Origin: Chiloscyllium plagiosum | Taxonomy: Eukaryota | DNA length: 60,700 nucleotides | Reading direction: 5' to 3' | NCBI RefSeq assembly: GCF_004010195.1 | Contig: NC_057719.1 | Span: forward strand, 4,619,464-4,680,163 | Shown: positions 12,621 through 25,724 of the stretch, in pieces | Numbering within the stretch: position 1 is the first letter of the stretch | Layout of the letters: each line of letters starts with the position of its first letter | Notes under the pieces: generated by a model | What the model saw: the letters and a program-made list of their open reading frames with translations, nothing else | Told to the model about the DNA's origin: nothing | Database searches by the model: none | Position numbers and translations under genes: made by a program

Positions 12621-13508
12621 TGCTACTCCTCATTTTAATATATGATCATTCAGAGGTGCAGGAATTGCACTTATTGCCCAATCCTAATTGCCCTTTGAAA
12701 CGTGCATTGTTCTGTCTCCTTGAACAGCTTGGTTGTATATTTTTAAGTCAATATGACCAGTCAAGCTACATGACTTGGAGAAGAACCAGTGAGTGGTTCT
12801 GTTCTCCTTATCTTTCCAAAAGGCAGAGGTCACAGAAGTCTTAGGTTAGTTGCTGTTATACTTCTTGTTTATTTGACACACAAAAGTCGTGTTGCACCTA
12901 TGATGGAGGGAGTAAATGGCGAACAATTAGGCAGCTTTGTGCTGAGTAATGTCAAGTTGCTTGCGCATTGTTGGATCTGCCCATCCAGACATTCCAAAAG
13001 AACAGAAATTACATCAAATTTGATTTTGCTTTTCTCTGTCTACAGCAATACAAATCTCAGTATCACCACTGGCCCAAGCAATGCCTTAGTATAAACCTTA
13101 ACCAATCTGTGATGCAGGAATGATTGTAGGCAGGTTTTGACAGGACCAAATGGGCCCCAAAGAGCTTAGAAAAGTTAACCTCACACCTCATCTATATAAT
13201 TACATCAAGATACCAATAAAGTTTTCATGGAAGCAGCTTAATACAAGTTAGGATAAGGCTATTCAATTTTGGAACTGTTCACTTTTAATTAAGGTAGAAG
13301 GTGGGAGAATATTTGATGCCTACAGACTCAACTCATCTAATGTATAGATGAAGGTTTCAGGAGATGACGGACTAAGGCAGGTGTGGAAGCTACAATAATT
13401 TACTCTCCTGGGGTAGATGGCAACGTAGACCTATTGAAAACCTGGTTTTTGTCCGATCACCTCTATAGAAATTTTCTCATTTCTTTGTTATTAATCTTAT
13501 TTCTCCAG

Positions 13509-13594
13509 CAATTCAACATTCCATTGGATCTCATTCAGGTTGAAGAACTACTCAGCAAACTTGACAGAGACAATACTGGATCAATTGACTACAG
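13509..13594 (+). CDS. LRRC74A: LRRC74A coding exon (second EF-hand-like motif)
   Basis: polypyrimidine tract, ctccag|CAATTC...TACAG|gtaagg; 86 nt, ends phase 2; QFNIPLDLIQVEELLSKLDRDNTGSIDY(R) with EF-loop-like DRDNTGSID. Confidence 0.92.
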
Positions 13595-14929
13595 GTAAGG
13601 AACAGGGTATAGTAGCTTGGTTATATTATTGGACTAATAATCTATAGACTAATGATCAAGTGATATGAATTCAAATTCCACTGACAGCTCATAGGAAATA
13701 GGAGCCGAAGCAAGTCATTCATTAAATTGCGCCTACTTCACCATTCAATAAGATCATGGCCGATCTGGCTGTGACCTTAACTCTACTGTTATTGCCTTCT
13801 ATCCACACTCTACTACTTCTTTTCTCTGTTTTCATTCTTAGGATGAGGGGGTCGCTGGCCAGGTAGCATTTATTGCCCAGCCCTAATTGCCCAGAGGACA
13901 GTTAAGAGTCAACTACATTACTGTGGTCCGGAGTCACATATAGGCCAGACCAGGTTAAGGATGGCAGTTTACTTCCATAAAGGACATGAGTGAATCAGAT
14001 GGGGTTTTTCCCAACAATTGACAATAGATTCATGGTCATCATTAGACTCTTAATTACCCCATATGCTGTGGCAGGATTCAAACCCAGATCACCTGAACAT
14101 TATCTGGGTCTCTGAATGAACAGTCCAGTAGTAATACCATAAGTCCATCACCTCCCCCAATCACCATAACACTTTACTCTTTTGGTTATCCAAAATCTGT
14201 CGAATGTTCCCTTGCAGATCAAAATGTTGCCCAACTGGAAAATTTTAATTCAGTTAATTAAATAAAATTGAGCAAAAACTAATAGTGACACTGAAACTGC
14301 AGGAGTGTTAGAAAAATACAGCAATTCACTAACATCCTATAGGGGTGTAAACCTGATAGCTTTACTTGGTCTGGCCAACATGTGATCCCAGAGTCACAGC
14401 ACTCTAGTTAACTTTTCCCTGTCCTCTAAAATGGATAATCAAGTCAATCCTTTATGTTCATGAATGAGATTCACTACAACTTTCTGAACAGTAATCAGGA
14501 ATGGACAATAAATGTCTTGCCAATGATCCCCACATTCCATTAATGATTGTTGCATGTTTGGAATGACTTTCTTTCCAATAGTGGTGAATATACTGAAGGT
14601 TAGAGGAGTGAGAATTAAATCAATACTGATATGTAGATTCTCGCTGAACACGAAGTGCTGAAGGAAAAAAAAACATGTTTCTTTCAGTCCTAAATTAGGT
14701 TTTACTACAGAGCTCCTGAAAGTTTGAAGGCCTCTCCCTATTTTGCTTATAGCTCAAAGCTGTTCGTCTACCTAAGAACCAATGATATAATTGTTGGAAG
14801 GCAAAAGGCCTTTGTCATCAATTATTTGTCATGAGGCCATTAACAACCAGGTTATTGTTCTCAAACAAAGCTCCATTTGTCCTCAACCAATCAGCTTCAC
14901 CTTGTCTACAAACTGCATATCAATTACTG

Positions 14930-16500
14930 ATAGAATATTACAGCGCAGTACAGGCCCTTCAGCCCTCAATGTTTGCCACCCTGTGAAACCAATCCGAAGC
15001 CCATCTAACCTATACTATTCCATCTTTGTCCATATGCCTATCCAAAGACCATTTAAATGCCCGTAAAGTTGTTGGTGAGCCTACAACTGTTGCCAGCAGT
15101 GCGTTCCACGCAACTACTACTGAGTAAAAAAACTACCTCTGACATCTGTCCTATATCTATCACCCCTTAATTTGAAGATATGCCCCCTTGTGCTAGCCAT
15201 CACCATCCTCAGAAAAAGGCTCTCACTGTTCACCGATCTAACCCTCTGAGTATCTTATATGTCTCAATTAAGTCACCTCTCAACCTTCTTCTCTCTAACA
15301 AAATAGCCTCAAGTCCCTCAACCTTTCCTCGTAAGAACTTCCCTCCATACTAGGCAACATCCTTATAAATCTTCTCTGAACCCTTTGCAAAGCTTCCACA
15401 AACTTCCTATAATGCGGTGACCAGAACTGTAGGCAATACTCCAAATGTAGCTGCACCAGAGTTTTGTACAGCTGCAGCATGATCTCATGGTTTCGAAACT
15501 TGATCCCACTACTAATAAAAGCTAAAACATCATATGCCTTAACAGCCCTATCAACCTGAGTGGCAACTTTCAGGGATCAATGTACACCAAAATCTCTCTG
15601 CTCATCTACACTACCAAGAATCTTACTGTTCGCCCAGTACTCTGCATTCCTGTTAATCCTTCCAAAGTGAATGACCTCACGCTTTTCTGCATTAAACTCC
15701 GTTCGCCACCTCTCAGCGCAGCTCTGCAGCGCTGAATTAGAGGATGATGTGGCTAACCATTTGGGAAGCAGCACATGGATCAAGGAGGACAAGAAAGAAA
15801 GTTAAAAAGTGGGCGGCACGGTGGCACAGCAGTTAGCACTGCTGCCTCACAGCGCCAGAGGCCAGAGACCCGGGTTCAATTCCCACCTCAGGTGACTGAC
15901 TGTGTGGAGTTTGCACATTCTCCCCGTGTCTGCGTGGGTTTCCTCCGGGTGCTCCGGTTTCCTCCCACAGTCCAAAGATGTGCAGGTCAGGTGAATTGGC
16001 CATGCTAAATTTCCCGTAGTGTTAGGTAAGGGGTAAATGTAGGGGTATGGGTGGATTGCGCTTCGGCGGGGCGGTGTGGACTTGTTGGGCCGAAGGGCCT
16101 GTTTCCACACTGTAAGTAGTCTTATCTGTGTCCCTCTGTAACCTACAACATCCTTCAGCACTATCCGTAACAGTACCGACCTTAGTGTTATCCGCAAATT
16201 TACTAACCCATCCCTCTACGCGTTCATCCAGGTTGTTTATGAAAATTAAAAACAACAGTGAATCCAAAACAGATCCTTGCGGTACACCACTAGTAACAGA
16301 ACTCCAGGATGAACATTTCCCATCAACCACCACCCTCTGTCTTCTTTCAGCTAGCCAATTTCTGATCCAAACCACGAAACTGCCCTCAATCCCTTGCCTC
16401 CATATTTTGTGCAGTAGCCTACCATGGGGAACTTTATCAAATGCCTTAATGAAATCCATATACACTTCATCAACCTCTTTACCCTCACCTTCTCAAAGGA
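14930..16500 (-). mobile_element. CR1 LINE fragment interrupted at 15731-16121
   Basis: [47 protein letters not shown]. Confidence 0.92.
15809..16121 (+). mobile_element. HE1-type SINE
   Basis: GTGGGCGGCACGGTGGCACAG head, B-box GGTTCAATTCC, CR1-like 3' end. Confidence 0.92.
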
Positions 16501-17389
16501 CAAACAGCTGTGTAAAATGAGTGTGATGTTACTTGCTTTCAAACCATGGATCAATCTTCCAGTAATCCTTGGTTTTAAAACAGTTCTTTTCTCATTTTAG
16601 CCCACAGTGAAAAATACAGAGAAATAAAAATTCACAGTTTTTACAACAGTAAAACCTAATCTTTTTTCAACTAAGTTTTTGGTCTCTTCCTCAAAGAAGA
16701 TTATCTCTTGAGGAGAATAGAACTGTTCTGTTATTTAAAAAAAAAATCCAGAACCATGGGCATCACTGGCAAGGCCAGCACACATCGCTTATCCGTAGTT
16801 ATCTTTCATAAGATGCTGTTGAGGCTTCTGCTTTAATTGCTGCTGTCAGTGTAGTGAAGGTATATACTTCTAAAATAGGATGCTTCTGAACTTTGGTACA
16901 GCAACAGTGAAAGCAAGGTATGTCCAAGTTATAATGGTCTCTGACTTGGAGGCAAACGTGATAAATTCAGACCAGGTGCATTTTGAGGCTGAATAGAGGG
17001 AAATGAGTGGACAATCAGCTGTTGTGGAATGCAGAGATAGTAAGTGGATTAAAGATAAATTATCCTTTACTGGAGCTGTGAAGATCATTCAAAGTTGTCC
17101 TGTTAGAACGTGCATTTCTACAGTGTCTTTTGCAATCTCAGGATGCCCTAAAACACTCCAAAGTTATTGAAGCATTTTTAAATTGAAATTGGTTAAATAT
17201 TGCTCAGGACAGTGGATGGACTGCCCTGACCATCAAATTGTAACAAATACATTCCAGCTGAAAGAACAGATAAGGCCTCAGTTTAACATCTCATCCAAAA
17301 GTAGGCACCACCAAAGGTATAGCACTAATTTTCATTGTAGATTCTGTAGTGAGGATTTAATATATGATTTTCTGACCGAATGATAATGT

Positions 17390-19435
17390 CTGAACACTGT
17401 ACACATTCATATACACAGAATCAGACCTTACACGAAATTCCCGGACATCACCGTTACCAATCCTGGGTATGTCCAGTCTCAGCGACAGGGTGGACCCAAC
17501 AGAGCTGGAGACGCAATAGTGTAATCTTCTACATTGACTCCGGACCCATGACGTCTCAAGGCATCAGGGCAAACATTAGACAGGAAACTTCCTGCTGATT
17601 ACCATGTATTGCCCACTCTCAGCTGACAAATCAGTACTCCTCCATGTTGAAAACCATTTGGAGGAATCACTGAGGGTTGCAAGGGCACAGAATGCACACT
17701 GGGTGGGCAACTTCATTGTCCATCACCAATGCCTCATCTGCATTGCTACTGACTGAGCTAATTGAATCCTAAAGAGCATAGCTGTTGACTGGGTCTGCAG
17801 TAGGTGGTGAGGGAGCCTACAAGAGTGTAGATATGAACCTAAAATTTGCTCAGTTAGCCAAAATGAAATTAAATTAGAATGAAATAAGAAGAAAAAAAAC
17901 TCTGAAATCTATTGATGAACTAATGATTAAAAGCTCATGGGTTTTTGAAGTGTTTGTGTGAGGCTGCAGGAATATGTGTATTTGTTTACTTCAAAACTTG
18001 CAACTAGGTCTTGGACTAAACTGTCACAATAACTCAGTAAAAGCTGACGTTTTGTTTAAAACAGATAGTGAATCAGATTTTTAACATGGTCTACTGGAAT
18101 TGTGCTATCTGAATATCACAGTTGATGTGATGACATAAAAAATAATGAACATTGAGTGCAAGCTAAGTTTTATGTCACGGTTCATCATAGGCAAAAGCTA
18201 AATGTCTTTTCAAGGAGGCACAAGCAAGTCTTACACTTTGACGTCTGTTTGATCAATTAACCTGACATGTTTGTGATGTTTGCAAGTGGTAAGATTGATT
18301 ATTTGCTGAAGACTGTATAAGGTCAAGACTGTATAAGGTTCAGCTTCAACTGCTTCCCTCACTGTAAAAATTTAGCTAGCTTGAGGTCAACAGATCACTA
18401 ACTGGATGTTGAGATGGAATGGACATATCATCTGTTTTGATCTGATCCTTGTACAAGTCCATTTGTGTTTGCAAGTATTGTATACGTACAATTATTGAGA
18501 TTTTTCCAGTTTTTTTGTAGTAAACTTTGCTATAATAAAGAACATTGGGTAGATTCTATTGCTAGGACTTCCTTGGGCTATTGATTGCCACAGTAAACCT
18601 GATGGACCAAAGAAAGTGGGAATACAAGCCTATAAGAGAGTAAAGTGTACTTAACCTCATCCTCACCAATCTGTCCACTGCAGACACATCTGTCTATAAT
18701 AATATCAGTAGGATAACAAAGTGAACTCCAGCAAATTATTGCCCCATCAGTCCTCTCTTGATCAAGAATAAGTGATTTACGTCATCAACAGTATTATTAA
18801 GCAGTACTTGCTTCGCAATAACCTGCTCATTGATGCTCATTTAAGTTGTACCATGATTACTCAGTTCCTGACCTCATTAAAAGCTTAGTCTAAACATGGG
18901 CAAAAGAGCAGAGTTCCAGAGGTGAGGGGACAGTGATTAGTCTTGATGTTAAGGCTGCATTTGTAACATGAAGTGGAGTCACTGGAAATCAAGGGGAAAC
19001 TCTCTGAAAGATGGTTGTGGTTGTTGGAGGTCAAACATTTCAGTTCCAGGACTCACTACAGCAGTGTCCTAAGCCCAGTCATCTTCAGCTACTTCATCGA
19101 TAGCCTGTCTTCTTTGTTTACGTCAGAAGTGGGGGTGTTCCTGATAATTGGATAATGTTCAGTACAACTCATAACTCCTCAGATACTGAAACAGTCCAAG
19201 TCCAAACGCAGCAACACATGGACAATATCCAAGCTTGGCTGACAAAAGGTAAATAACATTCATGTCAGGCAGTGACTATCTCCATTAAAAGAGAATTTAA
19301 ACATGACCCCTTGACAGTTAATAACATTACCATTTCAGAATTCCTAACAGTCAACATCTTGGGGATTACCATTCACAAATAATTGAACTGAACCAGCCAT
19401 AAACATACTGCAGCTACAGGGGCAGGTCAGATGTA
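17390..19435 (+). mobile_element. Old CR1/L2-group LINE (endonuclease plus RT remnants) interrupted at 17826-18626
   Basis: VVREPTR...LNLILTNL across the insert; PANYCPISPL, LDVKAAF, SVLSPVIFSYFIDSL. Confidence 0.65.
17826..18626. mobile_element. Solo-LTR-like insertion (801 bp)
   Basis: TGTA...TACA termini; flanked by AGCCTACAAGAG / AGCCTATAAGAG; host LINE resumes afterwards; internal TATAA duplication and AATAAA near the 3' end. Confidence 0.6.
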
Positions 19436-20129
19436 AATTGTTAATGAATTTAGCTGAAGAGTTGGTCATCAGTTTTAAGGATTAACATCCAGTATGGTCC
19501 ATTCGTGAATGGTAAACACAGATCTTAACAATGAATTCACCCAATTCTAATGTACCTCAGTCATCTGCTACAAACTAAACTTCTTTTTAATCTCTTTTCA
19601 AAATAGCTTCACACTGCTTCAGGAACCATAGATTTTGATAAGTCAGGTGACATGTACAAGATGGTAAAGGTCAACTAGACAGCAAAAACAAAGGAGAGAG
19701 AGAAGATGAGGTTAATTACAGGAACACTGTATGTTGAGTTAAATCCTTCTCCCTGACAAATGTTTTGCTTTATTTGCTATTAAAGATGAAACATTAAATT
19801 AAGTTTTACTAAATTATATTTTGTTTTAAAGAGAATCTATATTCTACAGAATTCACCCATAAACCTAAACACGGTGAAGCTATGATGGACATAGGAAAAG
19901 ACATGAATGTAAAGATTACAGTCTATCCAACCCATCTCAAAAATAATAACTCACAATTCCTCACATTCTCAAATATATGTATCTTAAAATTATGCTAGTA
20001 AGCATGTATAAAGTTTACACGTTTTAAAAGCAATAAAAATAAATCTTAACAGAATAAGAAGCCATTGAACAAGCAAATAATTTCCCTGCTCCCATCATTA
20101 ACTAATGTTCTACCTCTCATTTCGCATTC

Positions 20130-20650
20130 TGAATCTGATCCATCTGAGCCTACATTTTGGTTCCCATCCACCACCACACCAGTTTAAAACCTCACCAATG
20201 GAAGTAGCAAAAACCCCAGGAGGATCTTTTTCCCATCTTTGCTGAGGTGTAATCCGTCAGGCTTGTATAGGCCTCACCTTCCCCAGAAATGATCACAATG
20301 TCTCAAGAATCTAAACCTCTCCATAGCACACAATTTCTCCAGCCATGCATTCATCTGTTTCCTCCTTTCATTAGCACATGCCACTGGGAGTAATCTTGAA
20401 ATTACTATATTTGCAGGCTTGCATTTTAATAGATATCCTAACTTCCTATATTCAGCTTTCAAGTCCTCATCCCTTTGTTTACCTATATTGTTGGTATCTA
20501 TGTGTGCCACAACCATGACTGTTCACCATCCTGTTCAAGAATGTACTATAGCTACTCCATGATATCTCTGATCCTTGCAACAGGGAGGCAGTATAGCATT
20601 CTGGTCTGTGACCACAGAAGCGCCTTTCTGCACCCCTTACTACGGCTGTT
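20130..20650 (-). mobile_element. CR1 ORF1 (SGNH esterase-like) fragment
   Basis: VVAHIDTNNIGK...EYRKLG...VISRLLPV...MNAWLEKLC. Confidence 0.8.
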
Positions 20651-20844
20651 TCTGTTGGGACCGTGACACTTTCTGAACTTCCCAGACCAGGACTCCGTCT
20701 TTCAGATTCACCAATTCCCTGTTTCATCTAACTCCCTGTTTTCACCCAACTCTCAAGCACTCTCATTTAGCCAAGCAATACGCACAGTGCAGGCTCAATA
20801 TAAACAACTTCCAGGAGAAGCAGTGTCTTCCCTCCAGGTACCCT

Positions 20845-22460
20845 TAAGAAACTGGAATAGGAGTGGACTATTCAGTTCCTTGAGCCTGTTCCAACATTCA
20901 ATAGGATCGTGAGGGATCCAACATCTTTCACGTCCACTGTTCTGCTTTTTCCCCATAACCCTTGATTTCCATACCGATCAAAATCTATCTATCTCAGCCT
21001 TAAGTAGACAAAAGGACTCAATCGCCACCGCTCTGTGTAGCAAGGAGTTCCAAAGACTCTCAAACTTCTGAGAAAATAAACTCCTTCTCAACTCAGTCTT
21101 AAATTAGTGCCCCTTTATTCTGAGATTATGCCCCCTGGTCCGAGACTCTCCAATGAGGGGAAACATCCTCTCAGTATTTACTCTACCAAGCCCTGTAAGA
21201 ATCCTACATGTTTCTGTCAGATCACTTCTCATTCTTCTAAATTCCAATGAGCAAAGTCCCAGCGTGTTTAACCTTTGCTTATAACAATCCCTCCACACTG
21301 GGGATCATCTGTACTCCTTCCAATGAAATGTTTTCTTTCCAAATAAGGGGAGCAAAACTGCTCACAGTCCTCCTGACGTCGTTTTATATGACTGCACTGT
21401 GACTTCCCTGCTCTTATACTCCATACCCCTTGAAATAAGGGTTAACATTACATTAGCCTTTGGGCACAAGTAACCCCAAGTCCCTTTGCATTGCAGCTTT
21501 CTGCAGTTTTTCTCCAGTTAAATATATTGTTTTTTTGTTCTCCCCTCTAAAGTGAACAACGTCACATTTATCACGTTATATTCCATGTTGCTCACTTAAG
21601 AGTCAAAGATGTACAGCACACAGAAACAGACCCTTTGGTCCAACTCGTCCATGTCGACTAAATAAATCTAGTCCCATTTGCCAGCATTTGGCCCATATCC
21701 CTCTAAATGATTTCTACTCATGTAACTATCTAGATGACTTTTAAATGTTGTAATTGTACCAGCTTCGACCACTTCCCTGGCAGCTCCTTCCGTACACACA
21801 CCACCCTCTCTGTGAAAAAGTTGCCCCTTGGATTCCTTTTAAGTCTTGCCCCTCTCACCTTAAACCTATGCCATCTAGTTTTGGACTCCCCCACCTTGGT
21901 CTGAAGACCTTGTCTATTTATCCTATCCATGCCCCTCATGCTTTTATAAACCTCTATAAGGTCACCCCCTCCGCTTCTGGTGCTCCAGGGAAAATAGTCT
22001 GGGTAAATCTTTTCTGAACCCTTTCAAGTTTCACAACATCCTTCCTATAGCAGGGAGACCAGAATTGCATCCAGTATTCCAATAGTGGCCTAACCAATGT
22101 CCTGCACAGCCTCAACGTACCCTCCCAATCCCTATATTCAGTGCACTAACCAATGAAGGCAAACATACAAAATCTTCTTCACTAACCTATCTACCCGCGA
22201 CTCCACTTTCAAGGATATGAACCTGCTCACTCCAAGGTCTCTTTGTTCAGCAACACTCTCCAGGACCTTACCGTTTAGTGTATAAGTCCTGTCCTGATTT
22301 GCCTTTTCAAAATGTAGCATCTCAAATTTATCTGAATTAAACTCCATCTGCCACTCCTTGACCCATTGGCCCATCTGATCAAGGTACCGTTGAACTCTGA
22401 GGTAACCTTCTTCACTGTCCACTTCACCAATTATTTGTGATCTTCAAATTTACCAGTTAC
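20845..22460 (-). mobile_element. Two adjacent CR1 3' fragments (approx. 20845-21600 and 21600-22460)
   Basis: SLEFRRMRSDLTET, TRGHNLRI; DSEEGYLRVQ, WQMEFNSDK. Confidence 0.85.
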
Positions 22461-22764
22461 AGGTAACCAATCTAAGAAAGGTTTTGTTAATTACGCAGCA
22501 CTTTGAATGCATTTATCGTTACCATGGAACACTTTGCAAGGTCACTGGTGTTCACTGACAAAGCTCCAGAATGAGCACCTTGCTTATAGAGATTTGTCCG
22601 TCACACACCTACTGTAGGATTTAAAATGCAAAATGTGATTAGTCTGCTTTGGTTTAAACAAAAACTTTCAATAATTCATGTCTTTTTTTATTCATGTTTT
22701 TCATACTTCCTTCCTTTGATTCATTTGTTCCTTTACCTCTTCATACAAATTTGGAGTTGAACAG

Positions 22765-23323
22765 GAATCTGGTTGACACCAGGAAGCGAATGATCCGGGA
22801 CCAAAGGGAGCAACTCCATAAAGAGGAAACCCGCCAGAGGAAAGAGAAACAAAAGGCCCAGCGGGTACTGAAAACACTGAACAGTGCAATAAAGGCCATC
22901 ACCCCACGAAATTCATTTGTCATTGTACCTGGTCAGGTTAAGTTGCCAGCCATCCAAACACTTAAGTCCTTCAGTTCCCAACACTTATCTGGCACATCAT
23001 TGAGCTCGTGGCATCATGTGGGGAGGTCAAACAGCAGTCAGTACTCAGTACCAATCTTGAGTAACATACAAGTGCACCGTCCATTTAGCCATTCCAGTAA
23101 TGGGCCTTCTGTCTCTGGTGCCAGGTTGGGTTCTTCTGTCCAGGTAAACTCAGTCTCACAGCCTGAGCTGCTGCTTAAATCACCTGGATGTTCTCTGTTA
23201 GACCCAAGTGAGATGTTCGATCAGGAATTGGACCCTGTTACAAAGTCTAGGCCATCTACTTCATTTTGGATGGCGCAATCAGTAACATCTGGCCATAAGA
23301 GTCAGCTGAAGACTAAAATGTAG
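22765..23323 (+). CDS. LRRC74A: LRRC74A terminal coding exon (coiled-coil plus Ser-rich tail)
   Basis: gaacag|GAATCTG completes the phase-2 Arg codon in the frame of ORF 22694..23323; NLVDTRKRMIRDQREQLHKEE...KTKM, stop TAG; longest non-repeat ORF in the window. Confidence 0.82.
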
Positions 23324-24065
23324 TACCTTCGTCTTTTTATGGGACTTTACCAGCCTACATGTAGTTTATTTTCAATCATTCACCACGCCTTCAATCATTC
23401 CATTTCCTTCAGCTACTTCTTTTCAATTATCTCTCAATAGTCACCTCCAATCAGTTCTTAGCCTAACCACCTTCTGTATGACCTGCGAATTACGAACCAC
23501 TTTTAAAGAAAGCAAATTCCTGCTAACCTCCTTTCCCTCTCCATATTTAAAAGCATGGTCTCTTTGCTGTGCCACAGATCTCAGTCCCTCAGAAAGTGAC
23601 TATTAATAATGTATGAGTCTTGATGTCAAGAAGGCATGATCTCTTACTTACTATTATTTTGCATAAGCCAAGAAATAGAGACCATGAGCTCCCTCCCTCG
23701 TCAAATCATGTGACTGGGGCATAGATTAAATGAACTTGAACCTGAGATGGTCACGGTGAGAATGGTTTTGTAATTCACAGGGTTTTTACTATACTAGTAA
23801 TTGGGGACTTAGTTTCTGAAACTTTTTTGTGCACTCTTTTATGACATATGCTTCATGGAACGTAAATGGCAAAAGAACCAGAGACAAAATTAGATTATTT
23901 TTGAGCAGTCACAGTGTGGTAAACTTCAAAACTTTGGTAGAAATAGATTCACTAACACATTCAAAAGGAATTGTTTAAATATCTGAAGGGAAAGCTTTTG
24001 CAGGGCTGTGGAGAAATGGAAAATAAGTGTATAATGTTTTCTACAACAGTTAGCAACTGAAAGTT

Positions 24066-25330
24066 TAGAGTCATAGAGTCATAGAGATGTACAGCATGGA
24101 AACAGACCCTTCGGTCCAACCCATCCATGCCAACCAGATATCCCAACCCAATCTAGTCCCACCTGCCAGCACCTGGTCCATATCCCTCCAACCCTTCCTA
24201 TTCATATACCCATCCAAATGCCTCTTAAATGTTGCAATTGTACCAGCCTCCACCACATCCTCTGGCAGCCCATACACGTACCATCCTCTGCGTGAAAATG
24301 TTGCCTCTTAGATCTCTTTTATATCTTTCCCCTCTCACCCTAAACCTATGCCCTCTAGTTCTGGACTCCCCGATCCCAGGGAAAAGATTTTGTCTATTTA
24401 TCCTATCCAAGCCCCTCATAATTTTGTAAACCTCTATAAGGTCACCCCTCAGCCTCCGACACTCCAGGGAGAACAGCCCCAGCCTGTTCAGCCTCTCCCC
24501 ATAGTTCAAATCCTCCAACCCTGGCAACATCCTTGTAAATCTTTTCTGAACCCTTTCAAATTTCACAATATCTTTCCGATAGGAAGGAGACCAGAATTGC
24601 ATGCAATATTCCAACACTGGCCTGATCAATGTCCTGTACAGCTGCAAAATGACCTCCCAACTCCTATACTCAATACTCTGACCAATAAAGGAAAGCATAC
24701 CAAACACCTTCTTCACTATCCTATCTACCTGCGACTCCACTTTCAAGGAGCTATGAACCTGAACTTCAAGATCTCTTTGTTCAGCAACACTCCCTAGGAC
24801 CTTATATTAAGTGTATAAGTCCTGCTAAGATTTGCTTTCCCAAAATGCAGCACCTCACATTTATCTGCATTAAACTTCATCTGCCATTTCTCAGCCCATT
24901 GGCCCATCTGGTCCAGATCCTGTTGGAATCTGAGGTAACCCTCTTCGCTGTCCACTACACCTCCAATTTTGGTGTCATCTGCAAACTTACTAACTGTACC
25001 TCTTATGCTCGCATCAAAATCATTTATGTAAATGACAAAAAGTAGAGGCCCAGCACCAATCCTTTGGCACTCCACTGGACACAGGCCTCCAGTCTGAAAA
25101 ACAACCTTCCACCACCACCCTCTGTCTTCTACCTTTGAGCCAATTCTGTATCCAAATGGCTAGTTCTCTCTGTATTCCATGAGATCTAACCTTGCTAATC
25201 AGTCTCCAATGGGGAACCTTGTTGAACGCCTTACTGAAGTCCATATAGATCACATCTACTGCTCTGCCCTCATCAACCTTCTTTGGTACTTTTTAAAAAG
25301 CTCAATCAAATTTGTGAGACATGATTTCTT
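24066..25330 (-). mobile_element. CR1 LINE (5'-truncated)
   Basis: [33 protein letters not shown]; (CTATGACT)n tail. Confidence 0.93.
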
Positions 25331-25724
25331 TCTAACATCAAAAATGAACTCCACACATCAGGATATAAAGAACTGCTCCTGGGTGGAGTTAACCATCATT
25401 TTGTGTATCTTATGAGTTATGCAGTTTTCACCAAGTGTGTATCGACTTCAGTGATTGCTAATTTAACTAAAAACAAAGTCTTAAATTAAATCTGATTGTT
25501 TATTGCAAGACTACCACGTATCTAAGCTGTAATATAGCTAGCTACTATGTGATATGTAATAAATGTATTTATTGTTCATCAAGTCTGAGTCTATCTTCTG
25601 CTAAGGAGTTGGTATGGGCATTTTCTCTCATACAGTATCAGTAGCTTAGACTGACACGAACAAGAAGGATTTATGGCACTGAAACTATCCAAGGCATCAA
25701 AGATAATTGCAGCAGAAACCAATC

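Noticed and set aside
15809..15890. tRNA genes
   Set aside because: A/B boxes belong to SINE heads; no complete cloverleaf, and they continue into SINE body.
19607..19678. EF-hand-like ASGTIDFDK in another frame
   Set aside because: Lacks the DxDx start of the loop and is not in the phase demanded by the upstream exon; likely chance.
23725..23730. ATTAAA as LRRC74A polyadenylation signal
   Set aside because: Common hexamer in AT-rich DNA; cannot be chosen over alternatives without transcript data.
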